Shown here: positions 9,799 to 19,887 of the stretch, in pieces
How positions within the stretch are numbered: position 1 is the stretch's first letter
How the letters are laid out: each line of letters starts with the position of its first letter
Source of the DNA: Armatimonadota bacterium
GTDB taxonomy: Bacteria; Armatimonadota; HRBIN16
DNA length: 64,000 nucleotides
Assembly: GCA_026003195.1 (NCBI GenBank)
Contig: BPGU01000005.1
Coordinates: forward strand, 129,851 to 193,850
Direction of reading: 5' to 3'
Program-made: the position numbers and the translations under genes
The notes under the pieces: generated by a model
What the model was told of the DNA's origin: nothing
Databases searched by the model: none
Seen by the model: the letters and a program-made list of their open reading frames with translations, nothing else

Positions 9799-11573
9799 GA
9801 ATTGCCGGTCTGGCGTCGGACGATACCGGTTGTGGTCACTACCGGTTGATCCATCCACTCAAGGCGCTTTCCGATGCCGGTCACGATACGGTATGGAGCA
9901 CGGACCCGTTACAGTTCATGAATCTGGCAGAGCAGGCGGATGTGGTCATCCTGCAGAGATGTACCTATCCGCCGATAGTGGAGCAAATAGGGCGATGGAA
10001 GCGTTCTAAGCTGGTGATCTACGAGCTGGACGACCTACTGCACTGTATACCTCCGGATAATCCCTCCTTCCGTTACTACAAGCCAGGCGGTGACCTGTTG
10101 AAACATGCTACCAGAGCGATTGTGGAATCGGACGGGATGATAGTCTCCTCTTACGAGCTCTGGAAGTATTATCAGCGCTACAACAGGAACATCATCATCA
10201 TCCCGAACTTCATTGACTTCAAGCTACGGGATTGGCAGAGCGAGTATCCCCGTGCCCGGCATCGGATAGTGGTAGGCTGGTCCGGCGGAAGTCAGCATCA
10301 GCCGGACGCGCAGTTGATAGCCTCCGTGTTGAGGACGGCGCTGGAGTATCCGCAGGTGGATATCGGTCTGTACTGTCATCCCCATTTTGCAGGCTACTTG
10401 ATGCAGTATCTGCCCGATGTGCCGCCGGAGCGTGTATTGCTTTTGCCGGTACGTCCATTCCGCGATTATCCCTATCAGCTCGGAGCGTTCGATATCGCCA
10501 TCGCGCCGGTGGCGAACAACGAATTCAACCGCGCCAGGTGTCTGCATTCCGATACGCCGGTGTGGACGCCTGCCGGTATGAGCACTATCGGCGCGTTGAA
10601 GCCCGGCGATTGGGTATGGAACGGTGAGCGTTATGTGCATGTGCTGGCGGTTCATCATGATGGCGGCTCGCTGGGCATGGAGCTGGAGCTGGATTGTGGA
10701 TTGAGCGTTCAGCTCACACCGGAACACAGGGTACTTACATCTATTGGATGGCTCAACGCAGGTAAGCTCCGACGCGGGGACAGGATACAGCTGGCTGCGC
10801 CAAACTATTCCGGCTACGGCGAGAAGCGGTATTCGCCGCAGCAGGCAGCCGAGATCGCTATGGATAACCGCCTCCAGTTCAGACCACATGAGCTGTTCTC
10901 AGGATGGAGTAACGGGGATATGGTCGCCTGGGCGCAAGCTTTATGGAGCAGGTATGGTGGTCAGGACAGGCGTGGCAGGGTCTATCTCACCGTGAGGCGC
11001 GAGGTGGCTCCGTTCTTTGCTCTGGCTTTACTGCTCTCAGGCAGAGGTTGCAGGGCGAACTGGTATACGCGCTCCGTGCGGTTCACTCTGCTGGACGAGG
11101 GCGCTCCGGAGTATTCCAGCATCAGAGGTATCCGCGCCAGGTGGATTGATGCAGTGGATATTCAGGTTGAGGGTGAGTTGTTCTGCGCGAACGGCGTGGT
11201 ATCTCATAACTCCAGTTTGAAGCCGCTGGAGTATATGGCGCGTGGTGTGCCCTGTATCGCTTCCGATGTCGCCGAGTACCGTCTGTTGTACAGACAGGGT
11301 GCGCCCTTCCTGCTTGCAAACACCATGCAGGACTGGCGCAGATGTCTGGACGCTCTGATCACGCAGAGGGTTTCCCCGACGGAATGGGTACAGACGCATT
11401 ATGACCTGCACCAGAACGTGTATCGCTATGAGCAGGCGATACAACAGTTCCTGCAGTGGAAGCGTGAAGGGTGTGTCGGTAAGGGTCAGGTGTTTGTGCT
11501 GGAACGGAAGCATCCCTGTCCCTGCGGCAGTGGCGAGCGTTACGGACGTTGCTGCTATCCGGTATTTGGATAA
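9780..11573 (+). CDS. glycosyltransferase family 1 (GT-B)-like protein interrupted by an intein, with a C-terminal SEC-C metal-binding motif
   Basis: The extein junction NNEFNRAR|SLKPLEYMARGVPCIASDVAEY reconstitutes the GT4-type nucleotide-sugar binding (EX7E-like) motif. The C-terminal HPCPCGSGERYGRCC is a SEC-C motif. Confidence 0.7.
   Translation: MAENRLRIAGLASDDTGCGHYRLIHPLKALSDAGHDTVWSTDPLQFMNLAEQADVVILQRCTYPPIVEQIGRWKRSKLVIYELDDLLHCIPPDNPSFRYYKPGGDLLKHATRAIVESDGMIVSSYELWKYYQRYNRNIIIIPNFIDFKLRDWQSEYPRARHRIVVGWSGGSQHQPDAQLIASVLRTALEYPQVDIGLYCHPHFAGYLMQYLPDVPPERVLLLPVRPFRDYPYQLGAFDIAIAPVANNEFNRARCLHSDTPVWTPAGMSTIGALKPGDWVWNGERYVHVLAVHHDGGSLGMELELDCGLSVQLTPEHRVLTSIGWLNAGKLRRGDRIQLAAPNYSGYGEKRYSPQQAAEIAMDNRLQFRPHELFSGWSNGDMVAWAQALWSRYGGQDRRGRVYLTVRREVAPFFALALLLSGRGCRANWYTRSVRFTLLDEGAPEYSSIRGIRARWIDAVDIQVEGELFCANGVVSHNSSLKPLEYMARGVPCIASDVAEYRLLYRQGAPFLLANTMQDWRRCLDALITQRVSPTEWVQTHYDLHQNVYRYEQAIQQFLQWKREGCVGKGQVFVLERKHPCPCGSGERYGRCCYPVFG
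10539..11210 (+). other. intein (224 aa) within the GT-like gene
   Basis: N-terminal block A CLHSDTPVWTPAGMSTIGAL, block B TPEHRVLT, C-terminal VDIQVEGELFCANGVVSHN followed by +1 Ser. Coordinates derived from codon positions. Confidence 0.8.
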
Positions 11574-11582
11574 CAGCTGGAG

Positions 11583-11852
11583 GTGTTCAAGTTGAATGGT
11601 TGTCCACCATGCCCGCACTCTGACGAGATAGACCGGATTAGGGATTTACTGTACGGTAACGGTGACGAAGGTATCAGGACAAAGCTCGCCAGGATGGAGG
11701 AGCGGATGGAGCGGCTCAGTGACGACATCAAAGAGATTCATGAACAGTGGATGTATCGGATGGAAGTACGTCTGCGCTGGATGGTGGCGATAGCCACGTT
11801 GATAGGTAATCTGCTGATACAGCTTCTCATCAAGTATGGAGGTAAGTTATGA
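11583..11852 (+). CDS. small coiled-coil protein with C-terminal transmembrane helix (89 aa)
   Basis: ORF. Hydrophobic C-terminus VAIATLIGNLLIQLLI. Confidence 0.45.
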   Translation: MFKLNGCPPCPHSDEIDRIRDLLYGNGDEGIRTKLARMEERMERLSDDIKEIHEQWMYRMEVRLRWMVAIATLIGNLLIQLLIKYGGKL

Positions 11853-12193
11853 GATCTCTCTGGAACAAGATGGTGCGGTTTGTCAGGGACCTGTGGTACC
11901 GGTACCGGATGGGCGACCTGTTGAAGCGTGCACTGGCGGTAGCCCTGCTGGAGGCGGCGCAGTCGGTACTGCAGAAGGATTACGCCAGTCCCGCCAGGGT
12001 GAAGTCCGCGGTGCGGAACGCGCTGAGCCATGCGGTGGAGCGGTTACGGTTGCCGGAATCCTACCGGTCGTGGTTACTGGAGCCGTTGCTGGAGCTGTCA
12101 GACCAGCTGATAGACCGGCACTATGGCGACAACGGTGCGGTTCTCAACGCCCTGCGCGTTTACCTTTATGCCAGACTCGGTATCCGGGACTGA
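11849..12193 (+). CDS. hypothetical protein (114 aa)
   Basis: ORF with 4-nt overlap to the previous gene. Confidence 0.5.
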   Translation: MRSLWNKMVRFVRDLWYRYRMGDLLKRALAVALLEAAQSVLQKDYASPARVKSAVRNALSHAVERLRLPESYRSWLLEPLLELSDQLIDRHYGDNGAVLNALRVYLYARLGIRD

Positions 12194-12208
12194 TTCTGGA
12201 GGTGTAAA

Positions 12209-13300
12209 TTGGCGGTACTCCGTCCCAGTTATGAGGAGCTGGTTGAGAGGGCGAAGGCGTTAATCCAGACGCTGACGCCTATCAACCAGTTCCATGAGTC
12301 CTCTGTGGCAGGCGCCATCGTGCGTGTGTTCGCGGCGCTCATGTCGCAGATGTATGATACGCTGGAGCAACTCGAGCGGGACTCCAACCTCAGCACGGCA
12401 ACCGGACTGGCGCTGGACAGAATCGGTCAGACGTTCGGTGTGTTGAGGTTGCCCGCTCGACGCGCCTCATCCTTTGGGGCGGCGGAGCCGGTGAAGTTCA
12501 CCAACAACACCTCCGCAGCGGTCACCGTTCCTGCAGGTACCCGTGTGTTCAGCTCCAGGTTCCCCTACAAGGCTTATCGTACCGTAGACACCATCAACGT
12601 GCCTGCCGGTGGAGAGGCGTATGTGCATGTGGTTGCCGAAGGTGACGGCAGCGATTACAACGCCGGCGCCGGTGAGATAGACCGCCATAACCTGCCCGTT
12701 ACCGGTCTGCAGGTGGTGAACGTGGCGCCGCTGGTGGACGCATCAGACGCCGAATCTGACGAGAGCTACCGGGCACGGATAGCACAGGCGTTCCTCAGAC
12801 GTTACTACGGCTCCAGCGCAGCCATCACGGCCGCCTTGCGCGAACTGCCCGGTGTGGTGGATGTGGTGCTGTTGCCGACGCGACGAGGACCGGGCACGCT
12901 GGACGTGTTCGTGGTGCCTGCCGTTCTGCCCGCCGATGGCGAGTTCGTGCAGTCCCTGCAAGAGGTGCTGGACCGGGAGGTGGTGCCCGGTATAGACTGG
13001 CGGTTGATCATACCGGATCCGACGCCTGTGGATGTGATGGTGCGGGTCAAGATGCGCGTGGGATGGAGTCAGGCGCTGGTGGACTCTGTGCGGCTGGCTG
13101 TGCGTGGTTATGTGGATAACATCGGACTCGAGGGCACGCTCTATGCCAGCGAGTTGCTGTCCAGGGTGATGGATGTCTCTACAGATATAGAGGATGCCGA
13201 GGTGCGCGTGTTTGTGCGCGGGCTGGAGATAGGCAGGAGTTATACGGCCGATGTGATGGAAGTGTTGCGTTCGCGGAACGTAGATATTATGCCGTTCTGA
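12209..13300 (+). CDS. baseplate J-like protein (363 aa)
   Basis: N-terminal pattern resembles the Baseplate_J/gp47 family (conserved ...TATGLALDRIGQTFGVLRLPARRAS...). TTG start with GGAGGTG upstream. Confidence 0.55.
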   Translation: MAVLRPSYEELVERAKALIQTLTPINQFHESSVAGAIVRVFAALMSQMYDTLEQLERDSNLSTATGLALDRIGQTFGVLRLPARRASSFGAAEPVKFTNNTSAAVTVPAGTRVFSSRFPYKAYRTVDTINVPAGGEAYVHVVAEGDGSDYNAGAGEIDRHNLPVTGLQVVNVAPLVDASDAESDESYRARIAQAFLRRYYGSSAAITAALRELPGVVDVVLLPTRRGPGTLDVFVVPAVLPADGEFVQSLQEVLDREVVPGIDWRLIIPDPTPVDVMVRVKMRVGWSQALVDSVRLAVRGYVDNIGLEGTLYASELLSRVMDVSTDIEDAEVRVFVRGLEIGRSYTADVMEVLRSRNVDIMPF

Positions 13301-13307
13301 TGTTACC

Positions 13308-14267
13308 ATGCTACGATACGACTACCTCCAGAGCCCGCTGCTGCCGGCATGGATACCGCAGAGTGGGCTATTTGTTCTGTTCCTCAAAGGTGTGCTGGAC
13401 AACCACTTCCAGGATACCCTGTTGTCCATCATCTATCCGTCCCTGTTCCCGAACTACGCCTATGTGTGCGAATACGACGACCCGCCACAGACGCTCCTGG
13501 TCACATTGACACCTGGCGGTAACGTGCCTGTAACCATCAGCACGCAACGCACCGATGTCTATGATAATCCGCTCCCGTTTGCCCTGTATGATGGCAAATG
13601 GTTAGTGATATTCAACCTGCATACGGGCTCTGCTTCCGGCGGGGCGCCCGCATCTGGATTACCGCATCCGCTCTGGTGCGATGGCGAAGTGCCGGGCACC
13701 TTGTTGACGCTGAGCGACCATCTCGTGGGCGGAAGGGCGCTGTGGAGAACGCCTGGCGGGGTATGGCGCAGCGCCACGCTGGAGGAGCGCGGTCTGTTCG
13801 TTCCAGGATCCTATGCGAGCATAGAGTGTCGTTACGAGAGACGACCGCCATATCCGTCTGCGTCGTTACCGGACAGACCGTTGCAGTTCCGGTATCTGTG
13901 GAGCAGAGGAGACGATGTGCTCCGCCTGTATGGGATGCACAGACACCGCAGGAGTCTTGGTAGGGCTCTCCAGAACGTCCGTGGCAGGTTGCCCGGCGCG
14001 CATCAGTTTGGAATCGCCTCCGAGCTGGGACTGGTGGAATTTGTGCCACGACATGAGCTGTACATGCACTTCACTGCACCTGCGGGATGCAGCGCGTTGT
14101 ACGGCACCTATCTGGCTCGTCTGCTCCGGGCAGAGTATCCGAACACGCTGTCCGGCATGGACGCCATCCACCAGTCCGGAGAGACCTCCGTTGTGCTCAT
14201 AAAGAACCTGTGGGTGGACACGTTACCACTGAGCATACGCGGCGAGCTCACCGCTGATGTGACATGA
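13308..14267 (+). CDS. tail/baseplate protein, unknown function (319 aa)
   Basis: ORF placed between the J-like gene and the tail fibre. Confidence 0.5.
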   Translation: MLRYDYLQSPLLPAWIPQSGLFVLFLKGVLDNHFQDTLLSIIYPSLFPNYAYVCEYDDPPQTLLVTLTPGGNVPVTISTQRTDVYDNPLPFALYDGKWLVIFNLHTGSASGGAPASGLPHPLWCDGEVPGTLLTLSDHLVGGRALWRTPGGVWRSATLEERGLFVPGSYASIECRYERRPPYPSASLPDRPLQFRYLWSRGDDVLRLYGMHRHRRSLGRALQNVRGRLPGAHQFGIASELGLVEFVPRHELYMHFTAPAGCSALYGTYLARLLRAEYPNTLSGMDAIHQSGETSVVLIKNLWVDTLPLSIRGELTADVT

Positions 14268-17200
14268 TAAACACCTACTTCTGGATAATCGGATGGCTAT
14301 CCTTCTCCGGTATGCTGGGCGAGGTACAGGGCGCCTCGTCCGTCACCGGTGAGCTCAGCGTTCATCGCGCCGTGTATGTGCAGGTGGAGAGCAGCACGGC
14401 ATGTGAAGGCGAACTGCACGCATGGTATGCACTACACGTCAGTCCGTCCGGTCAGTCCGATGCGGATAGCACTCACCTGTCCGCCGTTCACGTCATAGAT
14501 TCCACCGTAGAATGTTCGTCTCAACCGGATGTTCATCTATCCCGCGTGCTCCCCATCGAAGCCGAATCGTCCGGCTCCAGCTCCGTCTCCGGCAGGATAA
14601 CGATCAATCAGGTAGATATCTACGACCTGCTGGTGAGCGGAGCGTGCTCCGTATCTGGAGATATCAACAGGTTATTCAAACTGGTAGCCGAGATATCCGC
14701 CGCGTCACAGGTGGACGGCGAGTTCCAGCTGGAGCGCAGTCCTGAAGTCACTGTAGAGACTCTATCCAGCGTATCCGCCGAACTGAATGCATACTACTCG
14801 GTAGATTCCGGGATAGATTGCTCGTCCGACGTATCCGCCCACATCACCGTTAATCCCGTCGAGATAGACGCCGACCTGGAGTGCAGCTCCGGGCTGTCCG
14901 CAGACCTGTCTGTCTACTTCGCTCTCGGTTCCGACGTATCCGGCTCTACAAGCATAAACGCCCAGCCCGATGTCACTCACACGCTCCGTATGAGCGGTGA
15001 GTCGTTCCCGAGCAGCACTGTATCCGCTAACCTGAACAAATGGGGCGCCGGATACAGTGTCGTTCAGGACAAGAGCGTCGTCTCCGGATACCTGAACGTG
15101 CAGTGGGCGCTCTGGTCTTTGCTCACCACGGCGCCGTTAAGCAACACCAGACTGGACGTACACCTTTCCGTCCGATACGAGACCTCGGTAAGCATCGTCA
15201 ACCTGAAATCTACCGTTAGCGGCTGGGTGGCAACCAGGTTCGGCGTCACTTCCGGTATAGACCAGAACGCATCCGTCGTGTTCGCCGACAAGATGACGCT
15301 CAATCCGGTCTGGTTCACCGGATTGCTCGTGCAGGGCGAGACCTCGCTGGATACCGATATGCACGCCAACCGCATGGTGGCGTCCGGCGTGTCCGGTTCC
15401 TCCAGCCTCGACGTCTGGATGAACCGCTACGGAGCCTGCTGGTCTCAGGTTACCGGTAATAGTGTATGCAGTGCCTACCTGAACCGCTACGCAGCTTGCT
15501 GGACCGATCTGAACAGCCAGTCTCAGGTCACCGGCACGCTGAACGTACACAGAGCCATCCAGTCCGAAGTGTCCGGCTCCACCTCGTTGAGTCTGGACTA
15601 CTCGAGGATGCGCAACCTGTACGGTGAGTGTTCGGACAACTCCACCACCATGACCGGTAAGGTCACCATGAACCCGGCATGGATAGTGGATGCGGTGTCC
15701 GAATGCTCATCGAGCGTTACCGGTGAACTGAACAGGAAGTTCGCGGTAGAAGGCTCATCGGGCGGCGATACCTCCATGCAGGCGGACTCATACCGCATGC
15801 GCAACCTGGAGACGCTGATCGAAGCATCGAGTTCGGTGTCCGCCAGTTTGAACGCAGCGTTTGCCGTCCGGTCAACCGTCCAGCCGAACACGCAGATCAA
15901 CGTCCATCTGTCCAGACGATTCTACCTGCCGGACGTTGCTGTTACCGGTATCACCAGCGCCACAGCTTATCTGTCCGCCATACGTCCGATATCGGCGTCC
16001 GTGCCGGACTGTCGCACAACGATAGATGCCAACGCTTACCGCAAACGCAACGCGGTGCCGGACCTCATCTACGGATACAGCGTCGTTTCAGGTCACCTCA
16101 CCATAAACGCGGTGGATATGGATGGGGAAGTGCCGAACGGAGCAACGCAGGTCGATGCGGAGCTCAAGGTCGGCAAGATGGTGGAAACCACCGTCTCCGG
16201 TTACTCGGACGTATCCGCGTATATCAACGTCCACTATGGGCTGTGGACGGTACCACAATGTAGCACGCTGGTTGATTCCGGTCTGAACGCATGGTTCGCC
16301 TGCCGGTCTCAACCGGAAGCTTCTACGGATGTTCAGGCTCATCTCTCCAGAAGGTTCTACCTGCCAGACAAGACGATAGACGGTCTGTCTCAGGTATCCG
16401 CCGATATCGGTGTCAAACGCGCCGTGCTTTCCGGCATAGATGGATGCGCCTCCGATCTTGATGTGGTGCTGAACGTGAGGCGCTCCATCCTGTCGGATGT
16501 GGTCAACAGCCACTCGTCCGTCACCGGTCTGTTGAGGAAGAACATCCGATCCGTGGAAGCCACGGTACCCGGTTGTTCTTGCCTGGTGGGCGCCACGCTG
16601 AACATCAAGATGGGCGTTGCCGGAGAGTGTTCAGGTGTTACGGACGTAGACTGTACCGCCTACCGCAAGCGCAACCTGGAGGTTGTGGTCCAAACTGAGA
16701 CGGAGCCGAGCTCGCATCTATCGCGCAGATTCTACTTTGACTGGACCACTCTGGACGGTCAATCCAGTCTGAGCGTCTACCTGTCCGCCATAAGACAGAT
16801 TACGGCATCCATCGCTGGCGTCACATCCATTGACTGTACGGCATACCGCAAACGCAACGTGGTGTCCGATACCGTTGCCGGATACAGTCTCGTATCCGGT
16901 CACGTGACGGTCAACCCGGTGGAGATAGATGGCGATTCCTCAGGCAGCACGCACCTTATCGGCACGCTTTCCCTGTTCGCCTCTGTACAGACCGATGCTA
17001 CCGGCGGTTCCCTGATAGAAGGCACTCTCAACGCCGAACGCAGCATCAAGTCCGATATCGTCGGAACTTCGAGCGTGCAGGCAACTCTCAACGCCGAACG
17101 CGCCATCGGTTCCGATATCCAGTGCTCCGACGATGCATCGGCGTATCTGAACGCATGGTACTCCTGCAACTGTCTGTGCGATGACAACGATACCACGCTC

Positions 17201-19327
17201 ACCGCAGACCTGAGCAGGCATATCGCCGTATGGAGCATCGTTAGCGGTCAGAGCGTTGTCACCGGTAACCTGACGCTGAACGCCAAGGCGATGGACGCCT
17301 CCTCCGCCGGATACAGCGGCGTCACAGGTGAGCTGGATACCGCTAAATATCTGTATGCCGATATAGCAGGCGATACGGTAGTAGATGCTACCGCTTACCG
17401 TATCGTGACACTGAGTGCGACGGTTGTCGGTAGCACTCAGGTATCCGCTTCGCTGTATTCTGTCGGATACCTCTCCTCGTCTGTATCAGGTAGCAGCGAG
17501 GTAAGCGGGCAGCTGAAGTTCGTCGCCAACCTGAGCGCGTCGGTTGGCGGATACAGCTATGTGTTCGGTTCTACAGGGGAGGACCTGTCTATATACGGTT
17601 CCTCTGCAGGCAGGTCCATCGTCACGGGCTATCTGAACCTGAAGGGCGAACTGTTCGGCGGCGATCCGGACGGAGTGGTCGCAGTAGCCGGTGGCGCTTA
17701 CCTGTTGACTCTGGTATCCGACGACGGCTCGCACGGTCTGCCGGACTGGCTCCGTGCGGACCGCGTGGAAGAGTCTACGCTGGGCGGGCTTGTGGAATCG
17801 ATCCGGTTGCATGTATCCGAGATGCTGGTGTCGGAGCTGTCCGCAATCGGTATGTCTCTCAAGCAACATGTCGCAGTCTGGAGCGCACCGATGCAGGAGA
17901 AGCCTCGGAAGGTCAGTCTGGTCACTTTGAGCGGCTCGCGCATGTTGCTGAGAGAGGCTTCATCCATGCACGACCTGGTGCACAGTCCATTACCGAGATG
18001 GTACTGGCAGGACGGACAGCTCATGGTAGCGCATGTGGACGGCGCCATGGAGCTGGTGCAACCGGACGGTGACCTGTTCCGACTGGCCCGAGCCGTGCAG
18101 ATAGACAGGAACCGACCGGTGTATCTGCTCTGGTCCCGTTCCAGAGGGGATATCGCTTACCTGCTCTCCGATGAGGAGCTGAACTTTGAGAACGGTAGAC
18201 TCGCCTCAGTGTCCCGGTTCGGGTATATCATCCACGCCAGGGACCTTCAGTTTGGAGCCGACTACGGAACCTACCAGGTGTCGGCAAAGGCGAATGTATG
18301 GTTGACCTTCCAGACATCATCCGGTGGTGATACCGTGCCGGAATGTGCTCCACTTCAGGTAACGCTGAACCGCAGAGGTTTTGTGTCCGTGCAGATGCAC
18401 GAGGATAACGCGATGTTCTGGGCGGCTCGTGGTCTGCAGGTCAATCATCCGGCGGAGGGATCCCTGTCCGGTTGCTACGGCGAGCGGGGACGGCTTGTTG
18501 GTGTATTTGTCGGCAGCTCGGCTCCTTCTACTGTGCCCTCTGCAGCCCCGACGGGGAACTATACACCGGAGATAGGGCAGGTGTTCATCATCGAGCCCGA
18601 TGCGCGATACGTGGTGCCATCCGGTGCGACCAGGCTGATGATAGGTTTCCTGAACGATACCGGCTATCGGTTCGGCACGGGCGGTGCGGTTATCACGGTG
18701 GTGCAGTACGAGCCGGACGGACTGCTGAGCGTGGTGTACACAGATAGCCAGCTCACCGCACACGAGGTGAACGTCGTTGCGGATGAGCAGCCGGTGACTC
18801 TAAGGGCTGTGACGTTGCCGTCGAACCGGTTCGCCATGTGGTCCCGTATGCTCGGTAATCCGTTGCGCATGTTCGGCTGGAACGGGCACGATATCCTGCC
18901 TGGTCTGATGGCCGTCGGTGTTCGCAAACCGGTTCTGCCCGGCATCAAGCCGGTGTGGTATGAATGGGACGGCATCAACTCCATCACGGTGTCCGGTATG
19001 GATGTGGATGTGCCTGGACTGCCTCGGTGGTTCACATTCCGCGGCAGACTGGAATCCAGCCGGTTACCTTACTATCCGTCCGGCAGGGTTCTGGTGGACG
19101 GAGTTTGGGGCGATGCTGTAGCCGGGGCGAACGTGGAGATGCTGGTGCCTCTGTGGTCCGGTCAGGTGTCCGGTAACTCTATCACGGTAATACCTTCCAG
19201 GAACATGATGCCAGGTGCACGTTATCTGGTTGCAGCGTTACCGTATCGTGTACAGACCATAGAACCTGTCGTTGTGCGGCAGGGCAACGGCAACAGGCTG
19301 TTCCAGTGGTCTGCGGAGGTCACGTAA
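14264..19327 (+). CDS. tail fibre-like protein (1687 aa): ~1100 aa of ~22-residue tandem repeats (x-S-x-V-S-G-x-L-N...) plus a non-repetitive ~560-aa C-terminal domain
   Basis: Dozens of repeats of the form SSVSGxLNxxxAxxSxV, with higher-order repeats (HLSRRFYLPD x3, AYRKRN x4). The C-terminal region is Trp/aromatic-rich. Confidence 0.75.
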   Translation: MINTYFWIIGWLSFSGMLGEVQGASSVTGELSVHRAVYVQVESSTACEGELHAWYALHVSPSGQSDADSTHLSAVHVIDSTVECSSQPDVHLSRVLPIEAESSGSSSVSGRITINQVDIYDLLVSGACSVSGDINRLFKLVAEISAASQVDGEFQLERSPEVTVETLSSVSAELNAYYSVDSGIDCSSDVSAHITVNPVEIDADLECSSGLSADLSVYFALGSDVSGSTSINAQPDVTHTLRMSGESFPSSTVSANLNKWGAGYSVVQDKSVVSGYLNVQWALWSLLTTAPLSNTRLDVHLSVRYETSVSIVNLKSTVSGWVATRFGVTSGIDQNASVVFADKMTLNPVWFTGLLVQGETSLDTDMHANRMVASGVSGSSSLDVWMNRYGACWSQVTGNSVCSAYLNRYAACWTDLNSQSQVTGTLNVHRAIQSEVSGSTSLSLDYSRMRNLYGECSDNSTTMTGKVTMNPAWIVDAVSECSSSVTGELNRKFAVEGSSGGDTSMQADSYRMRNLETLIEASSSVSASLNAAFAVRSTVQPNTQINVHLSRRFYLPDVAVTGITSATAYLSAIRPISASVPDCRTTIDANAYRKRNAVPDLIYGYSVVSGHLTINAVDMDGEVPNGATQVDAELKVGKMVETTVSGYSDVSAYINVHYGLWTVPQCSTLVDSGLNAWFACRSQPEASTDVQAHLSRRFYLPDKTIDGLSQVSADIGVKRAVLSGIDGCASDLDVVLNVRRSILSDVVNSHSSVTGLLRKNIRSVEATVPGCSCLVGATLNIKMGVAGECSGVTDVDCTAYRKRNLEVVVQTETEPSSHLSRRFYFDWTTLDGQSSLSVYLSAIRQITASIAGVTSIDCTAYRKRNVVSDTVAGYSLVSGHVTVNPVEIDGDSSGSTHLIGTLSLFASVQTDATGGSLIEGTLNAERSIKSDIVGTSSVQATLNAERAIGSDIQCSDDASAYLNAWYSCNCLCDDNDTTLTADLSRHIAVWSIVSGQSVVTGNLTLNAKAMDASSAGYSGVTGELDTAKYLYADIAGDTVVDATAYRIVTLSATVVGSTQVSASLYSVGYLSSSVSGSSEVSGQLKFVANLSASVGGYSYVFGSTGEDLSIYGSSAGRSIVTGYLNLKGELFGGDPDGVVAVAGGAYLLTLVSDDGSHGLPDWLRADRVEESTLGGLVESIRLHVSEMLVSELSAIGMSLKQHVAVWSAPMQEKPRKVSLVTLSGSRMLLREASSMHDLVHSPLPRWYWQDGQLMVAHVDGAMELVQPDGDLFRLARAVQIDRNRPVYLLWSRSRGDIAYLLSDEELNFENGRLASVSRFGYIIHARDLQFGADYGTYQVSAKANVWLTFQTSSGGDTVPECAPLQVTLNRRGFVSVQMHEDNAMFWAARGLQVNHPAEGSLSGCYGERGRLVGVFVGSSAPSTVPSAAPTGNYTPEIGQVFIIEPDARYVVPSGATRLMIGFLNDTGYRFGTGGAVITVVQYEPDGLLSVVYTDSQLTAHEVNVVADEQPVTLRAVTLPSNRFAMWSRMLGNPLRMFGWNGHDILPGLMAVGVRKPVLPGIKPVWYEWDGINSITVSGMDVDVPGLPRWFTFRGRLESSRLPYYPSGRVLVDGVWGDAVAGANVEMLVPLWSGQVSGNSITVIPSRNMMPGARYLVAALPYRVQTIEPVVVRQGNGNRLFQWSAEVT

Positions 19328-19423
19328 TGGGTACTGTTATATCGGATTACGTCCCCAATATCCCTGCCAATATTTATGCTGGTATCATACTCTTCCATTC
19401 AATAAGGAGGCTGATTAGAACCT
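19328..19423 (+). promoter_or_regulatory. AT-rich intergenic region with -10-like elements and a strong SD (AAGGAGG) upstream of the next gene
   Basis: The only clearly AT-rich intergenic stretch in the virion module. TATCAT/TATACT-like hexamers. Confidence 0.3.
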
Positions 19424-19873
19424 ATGCCTGGCAGCAAGTCCAACTACTTTGAGCGCGCCGTGCTGGACTGGGCGTTCCCGCCCACCGGTAGCGCCACTTC
19501 GTTCACTCCACCGTCCACCCTGTATGTGGCGTTATGCACCGGCACCGCCCCTACGTCGGACCCGGCTTCTCTGGCTGAGCCGAGCGGTGGCGGTTATGCC
19601 CGCGTGGCGATAGACAACACGCTGGGCACCACTTCCACGTGGGGACCGGCTACGACCGACGGTAGCGGTGTGACCACCAAGAAGAACGTGGTGGAGATCG
19701 AGTTCCCGCAGGCGACCGCCTCGTGGGGCACCATCACCTGGTTCGCCATCGTGGACTCGAACGGCGCCAACCCCAACATCCTGCTATGGGGCACGCTGAA
19801 CACGTCGGTCACCATCAACACCGGCGACACCGCCGTGTTCCGTATCAACGGTATCACTATCCAGGAAGACTGA
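19424..19873 (+). CDS. small virion structural protein (149 aa)
   Basis: Strong SD. Ser/Thr/Gly-rich beta-like composition typical of small tail or decorator proteins. Confidence 0.65.
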   Translation: MPGSKSNYFERAVLDWAFPPTGSATSFTPPSTLYVALCTGTAPTSDPASLAEPSGGGYARVAIDNTLGTTSTWGPATTDGSGVTTKKNVVEIEFPQATASWGTITWFAIVDSNGANPNILLWGTLNTSVTINTGDTAVFRINGITIQED

Positions 19874-19887
19874 TGGAGGTATAGACG

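Noticed and set aside
11037-11618. 193-aa minus-strand ORF
   Set aside because: It is antisense to the intein-containing GT-like gene, whose extein and intein motifs validate the plus frame.
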